Below the pieces are notes generated by a model, which was not told where the DNA came from, made no database searches, and was given only the letters and a program-made list of their open reading frames with translations. The position numbers and the translations under genes are program-made. DNA of 64,000 nucleotides from the human T2T-CHM13v2.0 reference genome, Homo sapiens, in assembly GCF_009914755.1 (NCBI RefSeq), contig NC_060946.1; one strand, given 5' to 3'. Below are positions 54,601 to 64,000 of this stretch, piece by piece. Positions within the stretch are counted from its first letter, which is position 1; every line of letters starts with the position of its first letter.

Positions 54601-55667
54601 TCTACTTTTTATACGTAATCCCGTTTCCAACGAAATCCTCCAAGCTATCCAAATATCCACTTGCAGATTCCACAGAAAGACTGTTTCAAAACTGCTCTGT
54701 CAATAGAAAGGTTCAACTCTGTTAGCTGCGTGCATATATCCCAAAGAAGATTCTGAGATTGCTTCTGTCTAGTTTTTATGGGAAGATATTTCCCTTTTCA
54801 CCGTAGGCGTCAAGGCGCTCCAAATGTCCACTTCCAGATACTACAAAAAGAGTGTTTCAAACCTACTCTGTGAAAGGGAATATTCAACTCTGTGACTTGA
54901 ATGCACATATCACAAAGAAGTTTCTGAGAATGCTTCTGTCGAGATTTTATATGAAGATATTCCCGTTTCCAACGAAATCCTGAAATCTATCCAAATATCC
55001 CCTCGCAGATTCTACAAAAAGAGTGTTTCAAAACTGCTCTGTAAAAAGAAAGGTTCAACTCTGTTAGTTGAGTACACACATCACAAACAAGTTTCACAGA
55101 ATGCTTCTTTCTAGCTTGTAGGGGAAGATATTCCCTTTATCACCATGGTCCTCAAACCGTCCGAAACGTCCACTTCCATATACTACAAAAAGAGCGTTTC
55201 AAACCTGCTCTAGGAAAGGCAATGTTCAACTCTGTGACTTGAATGCAGACATCACAGAGCAGTTTCTGAGAATGCTTCTGTCTAGATTTTATAGGAAGAT
55301 ATTCCCGTTTCCAACGAAATCTTCACAGCTATCCAAATATCCACTTGCAGATTCTACAAAAAGAGTGTATCAAAACTGCTCTGTCAAAAGGAAGGTTCTT
55401 CTCTGTTAGGTGAGTGCATACGTCATAAAGGAGTTTCTGAGAATGTTTCTGTCTAGTGGTTATGGGAAGATATTTGCTTTTTCACCGTAGGCCTCAGAGC
55501 GCTCCAAATATCCACTTGCACATACTACAAAAAGAGTGCCTCAAAGCTGCTCTCTGAAACGGAATGTTCAACTCTATGAGTTGAATGCAAACATCACAAA
55601 GACGTTTCTGAGAATGCTTCTGTCTAGATTTGATATGAAGATATTCCCGTTTCCAACGAAATCTTCA

Positions 55668-56689
55668 AATCTATCCAAATGTCCACTTGCAGATTCAACA
55701 AAAAGTGTTTTTCAGAACTGCTGTATCAAAAGAAAGATCCACGTCTGTTAGCTGAGTTCACACATCACAAACAAGTTTATGAGAATGCTTCTGTCTAGTT
55801 TTTATTTGAAGATATTTCCTTTCTCACCATAGACCTGAAAGCTGTCCTAATGTTCACTTCCAGATACTACAGAAAGAGTGTTTCAAAACTGCTGTACGAA
55901 AGGGAATGTTCAACTCTGTGACTTGAATGCACACATCACAAAGAAGTTTCTGAGGATGCTGCTGTCTACTTTTTATACGTAATCCCGTTTCCAACGAAAT
56001 CCTCCAAGCTATCCAAATATCCACTTGCAGATTCCACAGAAAGACTGTTTCAAAACTGCTCTGTCAATAGAAAGGTTCAACTCTGTTAGCTGCGTGCATA
56101 TATCCCAAAGAAGATTCTGAGATTGCTTCTGTCTAGTTTTTATGGGAAGATATTTCCCTTTTCACCGTAGGCGTCAAGGCGCTCCAAATGTGCACTTCCA
56201 GATACTACAAAAAGAGTGTTTCAAACCTACTCTGTGAAAGGGAATATTCAACTCTGTGACTTGAATGCACATATCACAAAGAAGTTTCTGAGAATGCTTC
56301 TGTCGAGATTTTATATGAAGATATTCCCGTTTCCAACGAAATCCTGAAATCTATCCAAATATCCCCTCGCAGATTCTACAAAAAGAGTGTTTCAAAACTG
56401 CTCTGTAAAAAGAAAGGTTCAACTCTGTTAGTTGAGTACACACATCACAAACAAGTTTCACAGAATGCTTCTTTCTAGCTTGTAGGGGAAGATATTCCCT
56501 TTATCACCATGGTCCTCAAACCGTCCGAAACGTCCACTTCCATATACTACAAAAAGAGCGTTTCAAACCTGCTCTAGGAAAGGCAATGTTCAACTCTGTG
56601 ACTTGAATGCAGACATCACAGAACAGTTTCTGAGAATGCTTCTGTCTAGATTTTATAGGAAGATATTCCCGTTTCCAACGAAATCTTCA
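55668..56689 (-). repeat. 6-monomer (1022-bp) HOR deletion variant, junction type 2 (first copy)
   Basis: Marker spacing 55536 to 57922 = 2386. ttttatagg (box-4 monomer) precedes the CENP-B box and cttcaaatctatccaaatgtcc (box-1 monomer) follows it. Confidence 0.95.
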
Positions 56690-59600
56690 AATCTATCCAA
56701 ATGTCCACTTGCAGATTCATCAAAAAGTGTTTTTCAGAACTGCTCTATCAAAAGAAAGATCCACCTCTGTTAGCTGAGTTCACACATCACAAACAAGTTT
56801 ATGAGAATGCTTCTGTCTAGTTTTTATTTGAAGATATTTCCTTTCTCACCATAGACCTGAAAGCTGTCCTAATGTTCACTTCCAGATACTACAGAAAGAG
56901 TGTTTCAAAACTGCTGTACGAAAGGGAATGTTCAACTCTGTGACTTGAATGCACACATCACAAAGAAGTTTCTGAGGATGCTGCTGTCTACTTTTTATAC
57001 GTAATCCCGTTTCCAACGAAATCCTCCAAGCTATCCAAATATCCACTTGCAGATTCCACAGAAAGACTGTTTCAAAACTGCTCTGTCAATAGAAAGGTTC
57101 AACTCTGTTAGCTGCGTGCATATATCCCAAAGAAGATTCTGAGATTGCTTCTGTCTAGTTTTTATGGGAAGATATTTCCCTTTTCACCGTAGGCGTCAAG
57201 GCGCTCCAAATGTCCACTTCCAGATACTACAAAAAGAGTGTTTCAAACCTACTCTGTGAAAGCGAATATTCAACTCTGTGACTTGAATGCACATATCACA
57301 AAGAAGTTTCTGAGAATGCTTCTGTCGAGATTTTATATGAAGATATTCCCGTTTCCAACGAAATCCTGAAATCTATCCAAATATCCCCTCGCAGATTCTA
57401 CAAAAAGAGTGTTTCAAAACTGCTCTGTAAAAAGAAAGGTTCAACTCTGTTAGTTGAGTACACACATCACAAACAAGTTTCACAGAATGCTTCTTTCTAG
57501 CTTGTAGGGGAAGATATTCCCTTTATCACCATGGGCCTCCAACCGTCCGAAACGACCACTTCCATATACTACCAAAAGAGCGTTTCAAACCTGCTCTAGG
57601 AAAGGCAATGTTCAACTCTGTGACTTGAATGCAGACATCACAGAGCAGTTTCTGAGAATGCTTCTGTCTAGATTTTATAGGAAGATATTCCCGTTTCCAA
57701 CGAAATCTTCACAGCTATCCAAATATCCACTTGCAGATTCTACAAAAAGAGTGTATCAAAACTGCTCTGTCAAAAGGAAGGTTCTTCTCTGTTAGGTGAG
57801 TGCATACGTCATAAAGGAGTTTCTGAGAATGTTTCTGTCTAGTGGTTATGGGAAGATATTTGCTTTTTCACCGTAGGCCTCAGAGCGCTCCAAATATCCA
57901 CTTGCACATACTACAAAAAGAGTGCCTCAAAGCTGCTCTCTGAAACGGAATGTTCAACTCTATGAGTTGAATGCAAACATCACAAAGACGTTTCTGAGAA
58001 TGCTTCTGTCTAGATTTGATATGAAGATATTCCCGTTTCCAACGAAATCTTCAAATCTATCCAAATGTCCACTTGCAGATTCAACAAAAAGTGTTTTTCA
58101 GAACTGCTCTATCAAAAGAAAGATCCACCTCTGTTAGCTGAGTTCACACATCACAAACAAGTTTATGAGAATGCTTCTGTCTAGTTTTTATTTGAAGATA
58201 TTTCCTTTCTCACCATAGACCTGAAAGCTGTCCTAATGTTCACTTCCAGATACTACAGAAAGAGTGTTTAAAAACTGCTGTACGAAAGGGAATGTTCAAC
58301 TCTGTGACTTGAATGCACACATCACAAAGAAGTTTCTGAGGATGCTGCTGTCTACTTTTTATACGTAATCCCGTTTCCAACGAAATCCTCCAAGCTATCC
58401 AAATATCCACTTGCAGATTCCACAGAAAGACTGTTTCAAAACTGCTCTGTCAATAGAAAGGTTCAACTCTGTTAGCTGCGTGCATATATCCCAAAGAAGA
58501 TTCTGAGATTGCTTCTGTCTAGTTTTTATGGGAAGATATTTCCCTTTTCACCGTAGGCGTCAAGGCGCTCCAAATGTCCACTTCCAGATACTACAAAAAG
58601 AGTGTTTCAAACCTACTCTGTGAAAGCGAATATTCAACTCTGTGACTTGAATGCACATATCACAAAGAAGTTTCTGAGAATGCTTCTGTCGAGATTTTAT
58701 ATGAAGATATTCCCGTTTCCAACGAAATCCTGAAATCTATCCAAATATCCCCTCGCAGATTCTACAAAAAGAGTGTTTCAAAACTGCTCTGTAAAAAGAA
58801 AGGTTCAACTCTGTTAGTTGAGTACACACATCACAAACAAGTTTCACAGAATGCTTCTTTCTAGCTTGTAGGGGAAGATATTCCCTTTATCACCATGGTC
58901 CTCAAACCGTCCGAAACGTCCACTTCCATATACTACAAAAAGAGCGTTTCAAACCTGCTCTAGGAAAGGCAATGTTCAACTCTGTGACTTGAATGCAGAC
59001 ATCACAGAACAGTTTCTGAGAATGCTTCTGTCTAGATTTTATAGGAAGATATTCCCGTTTCCAACGAAATCTTCAAATCTATCCAAATGTCCACTTGCAG
59101 ATTCATCAAAAAGTGTTTTTCAGAACTGCTCTATCAAAAGAAAGATCCACCTCTGTTAGCTGAGTTCACACATCACAAACAAGTTTATGAGAATGCTTCT
59201 GTCTAGTTTTTATTTGAAGATATTTCCTTTCTCACCATAGACCTGAAAGCTGTCCTAATGTTCACTTCCAGATACTACAGAAAGAGTGTTTCAAAACTGC
59301 TGTACGAAAGGGAATGTTCAACTCTGTGACTTGAATGCACACATCACAAAGAAGTTTCTGAGGATGCTGCTGTCTACTTTTTATACGTAATCCCGTTTCC
59401 AACGAAATCCTCCAAGCTATCCAAATATCCACTTGCAGATTCCACAGAAAGACTGTTTCAAAACTGCTCTGTCAATAGAAAGGTTCAACTCTGTTAGCTG
59501 CGTGCATATATCCCAAAGAAGATTCTGAGATTGCTTCTGTCTAGTTTTTATGGGAAGATATTTCCCTTTTCACCGTAGGCGTCAAGGCGCTCCAAATGTC

Positions 59601-61012
59601 CACTTCCAGATACTACAAAAAGAGTGTTTCAAACCTACTCTGTGAAAGCGAATATTCAACTCTGTGACTTGAATGCACATATCACAAAGAAGTTTCTGAG
59701 AATGCTTCTGTCGAGATTTTATATGAAGATATTCCCGTTTCCAACGAAATCCTGAAATCTATCCAAATATCCCCTCGCAGATTCTACAAAAAGAGTGTTT
59801 CAAAACTGCTCTGTAAAAAGAAAGGTTCAACTCTGTTAGTTGAGTACACACATCACAAACAAGTTTCACAGAATGCTTCTTTCTAGCTTGTAGGGGAAGA
59901 TATTCCCTTTATCACCATGGGCCTCCAACCGTCCGAAACGACCACTTCCATATACTACCAAAAGAGCGTTTCAAACCTGCTCTAGGAAAGGCAATGTTCA
60001 ACTCTGTGACTTGAATGCAGACATCACAGAGCAGTTTCTGAGAATGCTTCTGTCTAGATTTTATAGGAAGATATTCCCGTTTCCAACGAAATCTTCACAG
60101 CTATCCAAATATCCACTTGCAGATTCTACAAAAAGAGTGTATCAAAACTGCTCTGTCAAAAGGAAGGTTCTTCTCTGTTAGGTGAGTGCATACGTCATAA
60201 AGGAGTTTCTGAGAATGTTTCTGTCTAGTGGTTATGGGAAGATATTTGCTTTTTCACCGTAGGCCTCAGAGCGCTCCAAATATCCACTTGCACATACTAC
60301 AAAAAGAGTGCCTCAAAGCTGCTCTCTGAAACGGAATGTTCAACTCTATGAGTTGAATGCAAACATCACAAAGACGTTTCTGAGAATGCTTCTGTCTAGA
60401 TTTGATATGAAGATATTCCCGTTTCCAACGAAATCTTCAAATCTATCCAAATGTCCACTTGCAGATTCAACAAAAAGTGTTTTTCAGAACTGCTCTATCA
60501 AAAGAAAGATCCACCTCTGTTAGCTGAGTTCACACATCACAAACAAGTTTATGAGAATGCTTCTGTCTAGTTTTTATTTGAAGATATTTCCTTTCTCACC
60601 ATAGACCTGAAAGCTGTCCTAATGTTCACTTCCAGATACTACAGAAAGAGTGTTTAAAAACTGCTGTACGAAAGGGAATGTTCAACTCTGTGACTTGAAT
60701 GCACACATCACAAAGAAGTTTCTGAGGATGCTGCTGTCTACTTTTTATACGTAATCCCGTTTCCAACGAAATCCTCCAAGCTATCCAAATATCCACTTGC
60801 AGATTCCACAGAAAGACTGTTTCAAAACTGCTCTGTCAATAGAAAGGTTCAACTCTGTTAGCTGCGTGCATATATCCCAAAGAAGATTCTGAGATTGCTT
60901 CTGTCTAGTTTTTATGGGAAGATATTTCCCTTTTCACCGTAGGCGTCAAGGCGCTCCAAATGTCCACTTCCAGATACTACAAAAAGAGTGTTTCAAACCT
61001 ACTCTGTGAAAG
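56242..61012. repeat. Local 2386-bp (14-monomer: 6-mer + 8-mer) tandem duplication
   Basis: Shared rare alleles at +2386: 56623/59009, 56720/59106, 57555/59941, 57573/59959 and 58270/60656. Confidence 0.9.
58054..59075 (-). repeat. 6-monomer (1022-bp) HOR deletion variant, junction type 2 (second copy)
   Basis: Marker spacing 57922 to 60308 = 2386. The junction is identical to the one at 56659-56689. Confidence 0.95.
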
Positions 61013-62536
61013 GGAATATTCAACTCTGTGACTTGAATGCACATATCACAAAGAAGTTTCTGAGAATGCTTCTGTCGAGATTTTATATGAAGATGTTCCC
61101 GTTTCCAACGAAATCCTGAAATCTATCCAAATATCACCTCGCAGATTCTACAAAAAGAGTGTTTCAAAACTGCTCTGTAAAAAGAAAGTTTCAACTCTGT
61201 TACTTGAGTACACACATCACAAACAAGTTTCACAGAATGCTTCTTTCTAGCTTGTAGGGGAAGATATTCCCTTTATCACCATGGTCCTCAAACCGTCCGA
61301 AACGTCCACTTCCATATACTACAAAAAGAGCGTTTCAAACCTGCTCTATGAAAGGCAATGTTCAACTCTGTGACTTGAATGCAGACATCACAGAGCAGTT
61401 TCTGAGAATGCTTCTGTCTAGATTTTATAGGAAGATATTCCCGTTTCCAACGAAATCTTCACAGCTATCCAAATATCCACTTGCAGATTCTACAAAAAGA
61501 GTGTATCAAAACTGCTCTGTCAAAAGGAAGGTTCTTCTCTGTTAGGTGAGTGCATACGTCATAAAGGAGTTTCTGAGAATGTTTCTGTCTAGTGGTTATG
61601 GGAAGATATTTGCTTTTTCACCGTAGTCCTCAGAGCGCTCCAAATATCCACTTGCACATACTACAAAAAGAGTGCCTCAAAGCTGCTCTCTGAAACGGAA
61701 TGTTCAACTCTATGAGTTGAATGCAAACATCACAAAGACGTTTCTGAGAATGCTTCTGTCTAGATTTGATATGAAGATATTCCCGTTTCCAACGAAATCT
61801 TCAAATCTATCCAAATGTCCACTTGCAGATTCAACAAAAAGTGTTTTTCAGAACTGCTCTATCAAAAGAAAGATCCACCTCTGTTAGCTGAGTTCACACA
61901 TCACAAACAAGTTTATGAGAATGCTTCTGTCTAGTTTTTATTTGAAGATATTTCCTTTCTCACCATAGACCTGAAAGCTGTCCTAATGTTCACTTCCAGA
62001 TACTACAGAAAGAGTGTTTCAAAACTGCTGTACGAAAGGGAATGTTCAACTCTGTGACTTGAATGCACACATCACAAAGAAGTTTCTGAGGATGCTGCTG
62101 TCTACTTTTTATACGTAATCCCGTTTCCAACGAAATCCTCCAAGCTATCCAAATATCCACTTGCAGATTCCACAGAAAGACTGTTTCAAAACTGCTCTGT
62201 CAATAGAAAGGTTCAACTCTGTTAGCTGCGTGCATATATCCCAAAGAAGATTCTGAGATTGCTTCTGTCTAGTTTTTATGGGAAGATATTTCCCTTTTCA
62301 CCGTAGGCATCAAGGCGCTCCAAATGTCCACTTCCAGATACTACAAAAAGAGTGTTTCAAACCTACTCTGTGAAAGGGAATATTCAACTCTGTGACTTGA
62401 ATGCACATATCACAAAGAAGTTTCTGAGAATGCTTCTGTCGAGATTTTATATGAAGATATTCCCGTTTCCAACGAAATCCTGAAATCTATCCAAATATCC
62501 CCTCGCAGATTCTACAAAAAGAGTGTTTCAAAACTG

Positions 62537-63739
62537 TTCTGTAAAAAGAAAGGTTCAACTCTGTTAGTTGAGTACACACATCACAAACAAGTATCACAGA
62601 ATGCTTCTTTCTAGCTTGTAGGGGAAGATATTCCCTTTATCACCATGGGCCTCAAACCGTCCGAAACGTCCACTTCCATATACTTCAAAAAGAGCGTTTC
62701 AAACCTGCTCTATGAAAGGCAATGTTCAACTCTGTGACTTGAATGCAGACATCACAGAGCTGTTTATGAGAATGCTTCTGTCTAGATTTTATAGGATGAT
62801 ATTCCCGTTTCCAACGAAATCTTCACAGCTATCCAAATATCCACTTGCAGATTCTACAAAAAGAGTGTATCCAAACTGCTCTGGCAAAAGGAAGGTTCTT
62901 CTCTGTTAGGTGAGTGCATACGTCATAAAGGAGTTTCTGAGAATGTTTCTGTCTAGTGGTTATGGGAAGATATTTGCTTTTTCACCATAGGCCTCAGAGC
63001 GCTCCAAATATCCACTTGCACATACTACAAAAAGAGTGCCTCAAAGCTGCTCTCTGAAATGGAATGTTCAACTCTATGAGTTGAATGCAAACATCACAAA
63101 GACGTTTCTGAGAATGCTTCTGTCTAGATTTGATATGAAGATATTCCCGTTTCCAACGAAATCTTCAAATCTATCCAAATGTCCACTTGCAGATTCAACA
63201 AAAAGTGTTTTTCAGAACTGCTCTATCAAAAGAAAGATCCACCTCTGTTAGCTGAGTTCACACATCCAAACAAGTTTATGAGAATGCTTCTGTCTAGTTT
63301 TTATTTGAAGATATTTCCTTTCTCACCATAGACCTGAAAGCTGTCCTAATGTTCACTTCCAGATACTACAGAAAGAGTGTTTCAAAACTGCTGTACGAAA
63401 GGGAATGTTCAACTCTGTGACTTGAATGCACACATCACAAAGAAGTTTCTGAGGATGCTGCTGTCTACTTTTTATACGTAATCCCGTTTCCAACGAAATC
63501 CTCCAAGCTATCCAAATATCCACTTGCAGATTCCACAGAAAGACTGTTTCAAAACTGCTCTGTCAATAGAAAGGTTCAACTCTGTTAGCTGCGTGCATAT
63601 ATCCCAAAGAAGATTCTGAGATTGCTTCTGTCTAGTTTTTATGGGAAGATATTTCCCTTTTCACCGTAGGTGTCAAGGCGCTCCAAATGTCCACTTCCAG
63701 ATACTACAAAAAGAGTGTTTCAAACCTACTCTGTGAAAA
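62537..63739. repeat. Fourth copy of the divergent haplotype C block
   Basis: Same marker set, with the 1-bp deletion at 63266/7 plus aggTgtc (63671) and gaaaAg (63739) shared with the 42-kb and 45-kb copies. Confidence 0.9.
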
Positions 63740-64000
63740 GGAATATTCAACTCTGTGACTTGAATGCACATATCACAAAGAAGTTTCTGAGAATGCTTCT
63801 GTCGAGATTTTATATGAAGATATTCCCGTTTCCAACGAAATCCTGAAATCTATCCAAATATCCCCTCGCAGATTCTACAAAAAGAGTGTTTCAAAACTGC
63901 TCTGTAAAAAGAAAGGTTCAACTCTGTTAGTTGAGTACACACATCACAAACAAGTTTCACAGAATGCTTCTTTCTAGCTTGTAGGGGAAGATATTCCCTT

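Larger units (their letters stand above)
1..64000 (-). repeat. Alpha-satellite higher-order repeat array, 8-mer HOR of 1364 bp (active/live-type centromeric array)
   Basis: Seen in the sequence: ~171-bp monomers with typical alphoid motifs (tttctgagaatgcttctgtctag, ttcaactctgtgacttgaatgca, tccacttgcagattctacaaaaagagtg). Near-perfect 1364-bp periodicity (marker ORF starts at 1321, 2685, 4049 and so on). Single orientation, no non-alphoid interruption seen. Strand is given as the one reading the CENP-B box 5'-TTTCGTTGGAAACGGGA. Confidence 0.99.

Noticed and set aside
41575-62909. 65-aa ORFs (MKGNVQLCDL...)
   Set aside because: They appear only where the ctctaGg/ctctaTg SNP creates an ATG. They are the same monomer frame as the 71-aa ORF, and serve as a haplotype marker rather than a gene.
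1321-63251. Repeated 71-aa ORF (MPQSCSLKRNVQ...)
   Set aside because: It is a GTG-started chance frame spanning ~1.3 alphoid monomers, repeated only because the DNA repeats. It has no gene context, its variants are mostly amino-acid changing, and it is truncated by a TAA at ~42055 and ~44782.
66-63900. CRISPR-like array of identical 17-mers with spacers
   Set aside because: The repeats are CENP-B boxes ~340 bp apart. The intervening DNA is itself repeated and homologous, and there are no cas genes.
1-64000. Transposon insertion (L1/Alu), inversion or non-alphoid island
   Set aside because: Marker spacings are fully explained by 1364, 1363 and 1022-bp units, and all CENP-B boxes read were on the same strand.
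1-64000. A previously undescribed gene-encoded system, or an information-bearing code in the A/B haplotype order
   Set aside because: There are no coding or RNA features. The haplotype order is adequately explained by tandem duplication and recombination, and no function can be supported from sequence alone.

Overview
The whole 64 kb is primate (most likely human) centromeric alpha-satellite DNA: about 375 head-to-tail ~171-bp monomers in one orientation, arranged as a highly homogeneous 8-monomer higher-order repeat (HOR) of 1364 bp. There are about 44-45 full units plus three 1022-bp 6-monomer deletion variants. CENP-B boxes (TTTCGTTGGAAACGGGA, minus strand) sit in every second monomer, alternating with pJ-alpha-type boxes. 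The dimeric structure, 1364-bp size and one TaqI plus two XbaI sites per unit fit the suprachromosomal family 2 array D14Z9/D22Z1 (alphaXT; S2C14/22H1L), but this is from recall and not from a search. I found no genes, RNA genes, transposon insertions, inversions or CRISPR array. All ORFs in the track are artefacts of the repeat. I cannot support a new gene-encoded biological system here. The informative signal is in the variant layer: alternating HOR haplotypes (2728-bp period), local duplications (6820, 4092, 2727 and 2386 bp), two independent breakpoints giving the same-size 6-mer (one spanning a CENP-B box), a divergent HOR block present four times, a clustered 4-base mutation, very short apparent conversion tracts and a left-to-right rise in diversity. 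All variants were read by eye and should be confirmed by alignment.
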